In this document: positions 28,620-37,032 of the stretch, piece after piece | Layout: each line of letters begins with the position of its first letter | Numbering within the stretch: the first letter of the stretch is position 1 | Assembly (NCBI GenBank): GCA_044226015.1 | Contig: JBGAHS010000006.1 | Coordinates: forward strand, 256,001-320,000 | Length of the DNA stretch: 64,000 nucleotides | Direction: 5' to 3' | Source of the DNA: Candidatus Obscuribacteraceae bacterium | Lineage (GTDB): Bacteria > Cyanobacteriota > Vampirovibrionia > Obscuribacterales > Obscuribacteraceae | Notes under the pieces: model-generated | The model's database searches: none | Told to the model about the DNA's origin: nothing | Seen by the model: the letters and a program-made list of their open reading frames with translations, nothing else | Program-made: the position numbers and the translations under genes

Positions 28620-29840
28620 CTAACCGGAGAGTGCCTCACTTACTCTGGCAGCTCCCGAAAAGACGTCGCTCACTGAGGTTGAATCATCGAGCATCAGATC
28701 AACACGTTCCAAAATCTTCCCAAAAACTTCGCGTAAATTCCTCTGATTCTGTCCTGCAATTTGTGCCCACATCTCGGGCTGGCTCTTCATCAAGCGACTA
28801 AGCCCCATCAAGGCTCCGCCAGAAAGGCATAACAAGTCCCGATCACCTTGTTCAATCATTTCCTGCTCAATCAATTCTCCAAGCGCACTTGCAAAAAGTT
28901 GAATTGAATGACTGGTAAGTGCGACGGTGCGATCGTGCGCGGCAGCACTGGTAATGAATACTCTTAGATCAAGCTTGCCAAACCAGCTTTTCAATCTTGC
29001 AATTGAAATTTCAGATGACTTGCTTGTTGGAACCAGACAAATCGTCTTGCCGGCAACCGTAACTTCGTCAGAATTTTCAAATCCACGTTTTTCGGTTCCA
29101 AAGAATGGATGCGCGCCAATGAATTCAGCTCCGTTGAGCTCAAGATTCTCGGCTAGATTACAAATCTCAGTTTTTGTTGAACAGAGATCAATAACTAGTT
29201 GACCTGGGCTCAAGTGAGGTGCAAGCTGCTTCAACATACTAATACTCACATCCGGAGGGCATGCAAGCACTATGAGAGATGAATTAGCAATCGAGTGTTC
29301 TGTGATTTCGGCGGCACACTCATCAAATATTTTGCTTTCAATCAATCGCGAAAGAGTTTCTTTTTGATCAATAGCCGATATCGAAGTTCCAGGAAGAATA
29401 GACTTAACCTGGCGAGCAAAAGCCCCGCCAATCAGCCCTGTTCCGACAACACAAATACTAGGAAACAATCGTTCAGATCGCGTCTTGTTTTCCTCGCATG
29501 CATTTGCTAGCTGTTGGAAATCAGCACTCTCTTTCATGATCGATTTGAAAATCCTAAGAACAAATTCCTTGCTGCTTCTTTGCGAAAGAGCACGGGAAAC
29601 ATTTTCAAGCACTATTTGTTCTCTAGTTCCATCATGAACCTGCCGCCCCATCGCGGCTTTGGTCCTTCCTATCTCAAGGCTGAGATCAAAGCGTTTTGCA
29701 AGAAGCGCAATAATCTGTTCATCGAGCGTATCGATGCCCTCACGGAGAGCATCAATTCTATTCTGGTCAATATTTGCTGCAGAATTGCAGCCGTCTTCAA
29801 TTAATTGCCCCTGGCGGGGCCAGTTCTTCGACAAAGACAT
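28620..29840 (-). CDS. tyrA: Chorismate mutase (AroQ) - prephenate dehydrogenase fusion
   Basis: LREGIDTLDEQIIALLAKR...REQ CM domain; GTGLIGG, DLCSTK, HPFFG, HD..VA..SH PDH motifs. Confidence 0.9.
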   Translation of the reverse strand: MSLSKNWPRQGQLIEDGCNSAANIDQNRIDALREGIDTLDEQIIALLAKRFDLSLEIGRTKAAMGRQVHDGTREQIVLENVSRALSQRSSKEFVLRIFKSIMKESADFQQLANACEENKTRSERLFPSICVVGTGLIGGAFARQVKSILPGTSISAIDQKETLSRLIESKIFDECAAEITEHSIANSSLIVLACPPDVSISMLKQLAPHLSPGQLVIDLCSTKTEICNLAENLELNGAEFIGAHPFFGTEKRGFENSDEVTVAGKTICLVPTSKSSEISIARLKSWFGKLDLRVFITSAAAHDRTVALTSHSIQLFASALGELIEQEMIEQGDRDLLCLSGGALMGLSRLMKSQPEMWAQIAGQNQRNLREVFGKILERVDLMLDDSTSVSDVFSGAARVSEALSG

Positions 29841-29857
29841 TTCAAATTTCCCCTTCT

Positions 29858-30751
29858 TTATACGCAGGCTGCGCGATGATTGCGATCGATTCCAGGTGCG
29901 AAGCTTGTCTCGCGAACAACATGCACAGGAGCTTGCACTCTGCGTCCAACTGCGGCTGCGACCGGACGTAGGCTTTCAATGAGTTGAACCATTGCTTCAA
30001 GTGAAAGAGCTTGACGTGCATCAGATACTGATTTCTCTGGCTCGGGATGGCATTCGATCATCAGTCCATCAGCACCACACGCGACAGCGGCTCTGGAGAG
30101 GTCTGCAATCAATTCATGTTTTCCAGCGGCGTGGCTGGGGTCAACAATCACTGGAAGATGCGTTAGCTGCTTCAAAGCTACAACAGCGCCGAGGTCAAGA
30201 ACATTTCTAGTGAACGTATCGAAGCTTCTGATTCCGCGCTCACACAGAATAACCTGATGATTTCCGTGTGCCATAATGTATTCAGCAGCCATGATGAATT
30301 CTTCAATCGTCGCTGAAAGCCCACGCTTCAGTACAACAGGCTTGTTGCATTTGCCGACAGCCTTAAGGAGATCGAAATTCTGCATATTGCGGCTGCCTAT
30401 CTGCAGGACATCAGAATGATTGCAAACGTCTTCAATTTGTGACTCTGTCATCACTTCGGTAATTGTGGGAATCGCGAAGCGCTCAGTAATATCGGCGAGA
30501 ATCTTCAGTCCATCAAGACCCATTCCCTGGAAGGAGTATGGGGAAGTGCGAGGTTTGAAAGCGCCACCACGAATTGCTTGAACCGGACCATGCTTTAGAG
30601 TCTGGGCGACGAGGTCCATTTGTTCTTTGCTTTCGATTGTGCAAGGACCACCAACGATGAAGATATCAGTGCCTCCCACTTCGAAATTGCCGACCTTAAC
30701 GGTGCTCTTGACCATGCCTTCGTTCTTCAAAACTAATTTAGCGTCTTTCAT
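29858..30751 (-). CDS. aroF: DAHP synthase, type I-beta, with no N-terminal regulatory domain
   Basis: GPCTIES, GGAFKPRTSPY, QIGSRNMQN, LKRG, CERGI, DPSH; GGAGG SD. Confidence 0.95.
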   Translation of the reverse strand: MKDAKLVLKNEGMVKSTVKVGNFEVGGTDIFIVGGPCTIESKEQMDLVAQTLKHGPVQAIRGGAFKPRTSPYSFQGMGLDGLKILADITERFAIPTITEVMTESQIEDVCNHSDVLQIGSRNMQNFDLLKAVGKCNKPVVLKRGLSATIEEFIMAAEYIMAHGNHQVILCERGIRSFDTFTRNVLDLGAVVALKQLTHLPVIVDPSHAAGKHELIADLSRAAVACGADGLMIECHPEPEKSVSDARQALSLEAMVQLIESLRPVAAAVGRRVQAPVHVVRETSFAPGIDRNHRAACV

Positions 30752-30769
30752 TGTTCCTCCAGATGTATT

Positions 30770-30814
30770 AAAAGAAAAATCCCGAACCCTTCCATTTCTT
30801 GGGGGAGTTCGGGA
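30770..30814 (-). terminator. Attenuator terminator 2 (proximal to aroF)
   Basis: UCCCGAACUCCCCC-AAGAAAU-GGAAGGGUUCGGGA followed by UUUUUCUUUU. Confidence 0.88.
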
Positions 30815-30844
30815 CTTTGTAGTGGTGATTTGGACACGACTATG

Positions 30845-30898
30845 TCACCCGGGGCTCCCCCTGGTTGCGTAAACATAGCTGTAATACCAATTTCTCAC
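30845..30898 (-). CDS. Leader peptide 2 (MRNWYYSYVYATRGSPG)
   Basis: GTG start, AAAGG upstream, 1 Trp and 4 Tyr codons; its 3' end GGGGGAG..CGGG is complementary to the 5' arm of terminator 2. Confidence 0.85.
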   Translation of the reverse strand: MRNWYYSYVYATRGSPG

Positions 30899-30927
30899 TT
30901 TGCTCGACCTTTGATGAATTTGCCCTC

Positions 30928-30960
30928 AAAACGAAAAGACCGCAGAAACTATCTGCGGTC
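30928..30960 (-). terminator. Attenuator terminator 1
   Basis: Perfect 9-bp stem GACCGCAGA-UAGUU-UCUGCGGUC followed by UUUUCGUUUU. Confidence 0.9.
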
Positions 30961-30995
30961 CACCTTTGCTAATCTCGCTCGCGTCACTACGCGGC

Positions 30996-31046
30996 TCAGC
31001 TAAGGTGAACCTCCATTTGCCAGTAATAGTAGTACGCGCGTTTCAA
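30996..31046 (-). CDS. Leader peptide 1 (MKRAYYYYWQMEVHLS)
   Basis: TTG start 7 nt after AGGAG; four consecutive Tyr codons then Trp; its 3' end pairs with the segment overlapping terminator 1. Confidence 0.88.
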   Translation of the reverse strand: MKRAYYYYWQMEVHLS

Positions 31047-31071
31047 GGGAAAACTCCTAACAACTCCAGTC

Positions 31072-31100
31072 ATCCTATACCTAACTCCCTATGCCGTCAA
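31072..31100 (-). promoter_or_regulatory. Sigma70-type promoter of the leader-aroF-tyrA transcript
   Basis: TTGACG - 17 nt - TAGGAT, just upstream of the leader 1 SD. Confidence 0.7.
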
Positions 31101-31502
31101 CCCATTTGTTAACCTTACCTCAGTAATTGGGCTTTATGAGTGGTGGAACCACCATAAAGATAGGCATTCGCAGACTTCACATCAAATCAGTGCCGAGAAT
31201 CTTAGTTCTATATATTATTGAAGGGGTAGTCCTCGCCTTCAGTATCGCGCTCTCAGCCGATTGACTGATGCGCATAGGAGATTCGCGCGATCTCTGTGCT
31301 CCACTGGTGATCGAATACTGCACCAAATCAGCAGTACCAAAGAAATTTGAAAAAAAATGGAATTTTGCTGGAACATAGACTGGCACCGGGCGTCTCAGGT
31401 TACATGTTCTCCTAAAGTTCAATTATTTATTGTGTGTGGAACAGCAGGCTAACGCTTTGGTCCTGTTGCATATTTTTGGCAGCCTACGTCGGAGTTGACT
31501 CA

Positions 31503-32048
31503 ATGAAAAAACTATTTGGTGGCGCACTAGCTCTTTTATCAGCATTCGTAATGATCTCATCTGCAACACCAGCTCAAGCACAAGGGCTAGTGAACACTTT
31601 AAGAGGAATCGCAAGCGATCCATCTGTAGACAACTACTTGCGCACAAAATTCTCTGGCTATTCTAATTTAGCGCCTATCAATGGATACGTTGGCTACAAC
31701 AACGGATACTATCCTCCAGTAAATGGCTACAACAACGGTGGTCTTCTGAATTCCTTAGGCAATGGACTGCTCGGAAATAACTATTACAACAATGGCAATG
31801 TTCCATACAACGGTTATGGATACAACGGAAATTTGGACCCAACTCTGTATCCGACTTCGTACGGTAACACACTGAATGGCGCAGCGAATTGGAATGCTGG
31901 AAACAATTGGTCAGGTTCAAACGGAAATGGAAGGCACCACAAGCGCCACCATCATAGTTGCGGTGGACCAAACAACGGATTCTACTCCATGCAAAATGGA
32001 GCAGCACTTGGAGGCATTGGTTACAACCCATACACCCTGGGTCGCTAA
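31503..32048 (+). CDS. Secreted Asn/Gly/Tyr-rich protein
   Basis: MKK signal peptide ending AQA; N/G/Y low-complexity body with a His cluster. Confidence 0.8.
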   Translation: MKKLFGGALALLSAFVMISSATPAQAQGLVNTLRGIASDPSVDNYLRTKFSGYSNLAPINGYVGYNNGYYPPVNGYNNGGLLNSLGNGLLGNNYYNNGNVPYNGYGYNGNLDPTLYPTSYGNTLNGAANWNAGNNWSGSNGNGRHHKRHHHSCGGPNNGFYSMQNGAALGGIGYNPYTLGR

Positions 32049-32064
32049 TTGATGAGAGTGTGAA

Positions 32065-33009
32065 ATGAGAAGCAGACCGAACAAAGCAATTCTTCTTTCA
32101 GTGCTAAGCAGCCTTGCGTGCGCTCTACCAGCGCCTGCCCAGGGACTGATGGACACCTTAAAAGACATAGTCACTAACCCCGCGTTTTCGAATTACATTA
32201 GAGCGAAAGTCGCACCGGTAAGTTCAAACGGCTTCTACTCACAAAACTATCAAGCCCCCACCTTCACAGCTTCAACTCCCGCTGCTTTCGCTGGAACGCC
32301 ACCAGCGATGGCGGCCCCGGCACCAGCGAACACAACAGCATCTAGCGTAGGAATGACTCTAACAAAGCAACTGGCCCCCGCCGAACTGCTTCAGCTCAGT
32401 CAATACGACATCGATGTGCTTGTTGATGAATCTGGTTCGATGTCTACCCGCGATTGCCCTGATCCACTGATGACTGGCTCAAGCGTATCTCGATGGGACT
32501 GGTGCCGGGCTCAATCTTCTATTTTGACCCAGCAAACTGCGGGCGTAAGCGGAATTTCGCTAGTACCATTTTCAGACAAATTTACCCGTTATGAAAATGT
32601 ATCTCCGCAAGCAATCAACTCATTGTTTGCTTCTAACACTCCAGAAGGTTCAACGAATCTAGCTCTGGCTTTGAAACAAGAATTTGATCGCTATTTTCAG
32701 AGTCATAGTCAAGGTTTGAATCGACGACCATTGATGATTTCAGTTATATCTGATGGCGTTCCTGATAACAAAAGCGAAGTATATAATCTGATTCGCAATG
32801 CATCGATGCAAGTCGGACAAAACGAAATTTCAATCGCGTTCTTTTTGATTGGACAAGATCAAAAGGGAACAGAATTCGTTCGAGACTTACAGCGCAAGTT
32901 GCAGAAAGATGGAGTAAACACTATTTCAATTACGGAGCATTCCTTCGCCGAAGTAAATCAGGTCGGGCTGGCCAGAAGTCTAGTTTATTCGATGACCACG
33001 CATTCATAG
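32065..33009 (+). CDS. Secreted VWA-domain protein
   Basis: Signal peptide; MIDAS DESGSM, GST, ISDGVP. Confidence 0.85.
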   Translation: MRSRPNKAILLSVLSSLACALPAPAQGLMDTLKDIVTNPAFSNYIRAKVAPVSSNGFYSQNYQAPTFTASTPAAFAGTPPAMAAPAPANTTASSVGMTLTKQLAPAELLQLSQYDIDVLVDESGSMSTRDCPDPLMTGSSVSRWDWCRAQSSILTQQTAGVSGISLVPFSDKFTRYENVSPQAINSLFASNTPEGSTNLALALKQEFDRYFQSHSQGLNRRPLMISVISDGVPDNKSEVYNLIRNASMQVGQNEISIAFFLIGQDQKGTEFVRDLQRKLQKDGVNTISITEHSFAEVNQVGLARSLVYSMTTHS

Positions 33010-33031
33010 CTACTCTAGAAAGATCCACACC

Positions 33032-33535
33032 ATGCAAGATTGCAAAAACTCTACAAAGACACAACAAAATACGCTGCTGATTCTCGGACTATTTTTGTTT
33101 GAAACCTTCGCTATAGCATTTGTGTCTGGTCTCATCGTTAGTGCGAATCTCACAGATTGGTATCAGTACATAGAGAAGCCGTCGTTTACTCCACCATCGT
33201 GGGTATTTGGACCTGTATGGAGTTTTCTCTACACAAGCATGGCTTTCGCCGCATGGCGTGTTTGGAAACAGCGACATAGAAGACATGTGACCAATGCGCT
33301 GAGCTTTTATCAAATTCAGCTTGGACTGAACTTTCTCTGGACAGCCGTTTTCTTCGGCTTGCATGAACCAGGATTTGCATTTTTCAACATTCTCGCTCTG
33401 CAATTAGCCAATATCGCAACTGCTCATGAATTCGCAAAGATAGATAGACTGAGCGGCTATCTGTTTATTCCATATCTACTGTGGGTTTCATTTGCAGCAT
33501 TACTGAACTTCTTTGTTTGGTTGGCTAATTTCTGA
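33032..33535 (+). CDS. tspO: TspO/MBR family membrane protein
   Basis: WY...KPSFTPPSWVFGPVW, LNFLW..FFG, PYLLWVSFA. Confidence 0.93.
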   Translation: MQDCKNSTKTQQNTLLILGLFLFETFAIAFVSGLIVSANLTDWYQYIEKPSFTPPSWVFGPVWSFLYTSMAFAAWRVWKQRHRRHVTNALSFYQIQLGLNFLWTAVFFGLHEPGFAFFNILALQLANIATAHEFAKIDRLSGYLFIPYLLWVSFAALLNFFVWLANF

Positions 33536-33563
33536 GACTTAGACTTGCCGGGAAGCAAGAGAG

Positions 33564-33591
33564 AGGCGGCTCTGAAAAGGGCTGCCTTTTT
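33564..33591 (+). terminator. Intrinsic terminator after tspO
   Basis: aggcggctct-gaaa-agggctgcct followed by a T run. Confidence 0.8.
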
Positions 33592-33605
33592 CTATCTAGG
33601 CTTAG

Positions 33606-35252
33606 TCAGAGTGCTAACTTGCGATGTAGTCGAAGCCGCACTTTTGCCAAGTTTGATTCATGTGCCAATGAGTTCTCGTCGCCGACTTCACTGCTAACTC
33701 GAAAAATGCCGATATTGCCAACAGCTTTTTCAAGCCTGTAGCCTTGCTTCAATTTTTTGTCTAGTCCCTGTGTAAATTCGCTTTCAGCTGAAACAGTAGA
33801 GCGTAGTCTTGTCACCACATATATCGGTTTCCTGGCAAAAATTTCGTTTAGCTCTTGCTTTGCAGTTGAAGGTTCGGAATATAGCGATGCGAGCACTTCG
33901 GACTTATCCATATTTGTGGGATGAATGAACCGTGTGGGACTCTTTGCATTGGTTAGCCACAATCCAATATGGACAGCGTGAAAGTAGACATAGCGTCCCT
34001 CGACAGAGCGAGCTGCTAGATATTTAGCAACTTCGAGATCTTTATCTGTTTTCTTGCCGGTAATATACATGCATGCAGTTATGTAAGCCATCGGTACAGG
34101 CATGAGTGAAACAAAAAAAGCACACACAAGAATAAGAGTAGATAAGGACCTCTTCGACTGAGTCGTGAAGTGCTGAAATGCCGAAGCAGCCAAAGCTGCA
34201 GTGAAGGGCAGCAAAGCAATATAATAGCGTCTTGCGTGTATTACGCCCGGAACAAGCATAGTGACGAAACCACAGACAATGCATAACACCATTGCTATCA
34301 GGAACTCTCGTTCTTGCCTCTTGTCCGCAGTTAAAACCGGGGCTCTAAGAATTCTAATCACGTTGTAAAACGGCAGAGCCCAACACAAAATGAATGCTGC
34401 CGGATTAGCTGCTTTTATCTGCTGAAGCACTTCCGGAATTCGCTTGAAGAATTGTGCTCGCTGATAGGATGCGCTGGCAAGTGAGGCACTCAAGGACGAT
34501 TGCACAAGCAATTTAAAGTTACAGGTTATGCAATAGATGAGCAAAACAATCAATTGAGGCAATGCAACACCAGTAAATAGAGCTAAGGAACGCTTGCAAA
34601 TGCCTTTCCATCCAAATTCCTTCCATTTGAAGATCGCCATTAGAAGCGGCGCTAAAGCGAAAAATGCCAGGTTCGTTTTCAGCAGAGCGGCGAGACCAAT
34701 AACTAAACCCATCCTAAAGAAAATAATTGTGGTCCACTCAGCCGAGCAAGTCAGGAGAACCACAATTGCTAGCGGCACCAGTGCTATGTGTTCCAGCATT
34801 GTACAACCGGCACGATCGTCGGTTGTAGCAAATAGAATTAGCGAGATCGATGCTAATAAAGCGCTGAGCTTTCCAAATTTAAATCGGCAGGCAAAATTAA
34901 TTATTACCGCCGCTAGCCAAACACAGAGCGCACCTCCAATCCTGATGGATGCAATGGACTTTCCAAATAACAGAATAAAGAGTGCATATGGAAGACCTGC
35001 AGCAGGAGGCTTTAGCTCGGAATAGAAAGTTTGAGGGAGGTGACCGTTAAGTATGTCCTGTCCGAGGATTGTATAAGTGCTTTCGTGCCAGTGAATCACA
35101 GTTGGAACGAAGTAGGGCAACCGAATCACAATTGTTAGGAAGAACAAAATGACCGCATCACGGAAAAACAGCCTCTTTTCGCATTCGGCTTTTATAAGCG
35201 GAATGCAGTTTTGCATTGACGAAAAGGCGTTAAGAGCACTTGCTTTGTTCAT
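33606..35252 (-). CDS. GT-C fold membrane glycosyltransferase (ArnT/PMT-like)
   Basis: Multiple TM helices; HESTY...G.LP...ELKPP lumenal loop; LAALLK motif. Confidence 0.75.
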   Translation of the reverse strand: MNKASALNAFSSMQNCIPLIKAECEKRLFFRDAVILFFLTIVIRLPYFVPTVIHWHESTYTILGQDILNGHLPQTFYSELKPPAAGLPYALFILLFGKSIASIRIGGALCVWLAAVIINFACRFKFGKLSALLASISLILFATTDDRAGCTMLEHIALVPLAIVVLLTCSAEWTTIIFFRMGLVIGLAALLKTNLAFFALAPLLMAIFKWKEFGWKGICKRSLALFTGVALPQLIVLLIYCITCNFKLLVQSSLSASLASASYQRAQFFKRIPEVLQQIKAANPAAFILCWALPFYNVIRILRAPVLTADKRQEREFLIAMVLCIVCGFVTMLVPGVIHARRYYIALLPFTAALAASAFQHFTTQSKRSLSTLILVCAFFVSLMPVPMAYITACMYITGKKTDKDLEVAKYLAARSVEGRYVYFHAVHIGLWLTNAKSPTRFIHPTNMDKSEVLASLYSEPSTAKQELNEIFARKPIYVVTRLRSTVSAESEFTQGLDKKLKQGYRLEKAVGNIGIFRVSSEVGDENSLAHESNLAKVRLRLHRKLAL

Positions 35253-36382
35253 CGTGTCCTCAAGAAAGTGCTGACGTCCTTGATCCGCTGCCCAATGCCA
35301 GAGCGGTTGACATATCAGTCCAGCATACATTCACCACGGCTGACATTCTCATTGAGTCGAGATCCTAACTCATAAGCAAATGAATGCTACTGGTATTTTC
35401 ACGATTGCAAAGGTAATCTCATCACACCCGCAGGATTGCGAAGCTAGCACTATCGCAGATTGGTTCCGAACCGAGCTTGCTCATTTATCAAGCACACGTT
35501 GCCGACGTAGTCGGCAGTTAGCTTCAAAAACCCTGTCCCCGGTTGCTTTTCAAATTCTTTTCGAATCTCACACAGACGCGAACAATTTACACGAAAAACA
35601 AGAAAGCGAAAACCCACATAGTCCCGGGCTTAGAAGCATCACCCATTACTACTAAAGACAGTGAAGATACGCAGCTCGACAGTAAGGCGAATTCAAAGCC
35701 TGTATTCATGCAGCTTACAAGAATTCCACGTTACTACAGCAGGCAGTGTACTTACGCAATGATGAAGTATGGACCTCATACGTATAACTACTAAAGCGGC
35801 TTTTGCAAATATCACATACACAAAATACATTCTCATTAATTGCTCTCAGAAACTCGAATGCACTCAAAAGGCTGATAGACAGCGCATCTGCATCAGACTC
35901 GCAGACAAAAAGCAAACACAAAAGATATATCCACCCCAACGAGCATCTCATACAATCCCATATCTAAGAGGTTCTTCGCATATTTGCAGATATATCCACG
36001 AAGTTAAAATCGCAGCTTTCTTTTTCGATTTAATAAAACCGCTCACACATTTCGTCCTCTTAGCAACCCGATTTGATGCGGGTTTCGAGCAGCTATATAT
36101 TGCGAAGCTATAGCGCCTGTATGCATTCGGTCATCTTGCTAATCGTCTTAAGCACGGCTTATCATTGAGAGTAACAGAAATCAATTCAGCGCAAGTGCAA
36201 TTGAGCAGTTCTAACAGAGTGTCACAAAGACACCGTAGAAATGTGGTTAATCAAAGCGCACTGCTGCCGGAAAAGTCCCTCGACCTTTTCCTGGTTTCTC
36301 ACATCCTGGCATACGCAGCATCACCACTCCCTCAAACGAGGGATACCCCGCTGCACCCGTCCACACCTACAAGGAGGCACTC

Positions 36383-36721
36383 ATGAAAAGCGCAGCTGAA
36401 CTACAATCTCTGGCAAATCTCGCAGAAGAACGCGGTGACTATGCCAAAGCAGCGCGGCTACACAAAAAAGCCCTGGCAAAATTAGAACGTGAAGTCGGAA
36501 TTGATCAGCCAGAACTGATCGATTACCTCTTCAATGTTGGCATGATTTGCTGCGCGCTTGATGATAGACAAGCTGCTGAAGTTGCTTTCACCAGACAGCT
36601 CGACCTGCTTCTCCAGTTTTATCCAGAGCAACATGTCGATGTTATCGAGCTTCGCCAGATTCTAACTGACATTCACGACAGTGAAGAACTCGCAGTAAAG
36701 CCGCTCAAGATCACTGCGTAA
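36383..36721 (+). CDS. Small TPR protein
   Basis: AAGGAGG SD; LANLA..RGDY..A..L..KAL TPR pattern. Confidence 0.75.
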   Translation: MKSAAELQSLANLAEERGDYAKAARLHKKALAKLEREVGIDQPELIDYLFNVGMICCALDDRQAAEVAFTRQLDLLLQFYPEQHVDVIELRQILTDIHDSEELAVKPLKITA

Positions 36722-36822
36722 GCTCTGGCTGTTTATGGGTTTTGACCATTAAATCACCACACATTAATGGTCCGAACTTTCATTAAAGCAGTTAGCACTT
36801 GCATACTCCCAAACCAAACCTG

Positions 36823-36854
36823 AAATAACGCCTCGACACCGGGGCGTTATTTTT
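36823..36854 (+). terminator. Intrinsic (possibly bidirectional) terminator
   Basis: aaataacgcctcg-acac-cggggcgttattttt. Confidence 0.8.
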
Positions 36855-37032
36855 GTTGTAAAGCAGATAAATCTCATTTTCTTGCCTTTTCGTAGCAATT
36901 TTCATCATTCTTGAAAAGTATTGCGAACACTTGGCATTGAAGCTTGACGACTTCTGTCATTGAATGCGCTTAATCCCGAAATTTCCGCCGACGCTATAAT
37001 ACGAACTCTTTACAGGTATACGAGAGAAAGTC

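Noticed and set aside
30770..31070. T-box riboswitch as the explanation for the aroF leader
   Set aside because: No T-box consensus (AGGGUGGNACCGCG-type with specifier stem I) was recognised; the AAGGUGGACCGC similarity is partial and the space is too short for stem I. Tyr/Trp-rich ORFs with SDs explain the structure better.
35380..36386. Several 70-115 aa ORFs in the 1-kb gap
   Set aside because: Mutually overlapping, with no clear SD, no motifs and atypical composition.
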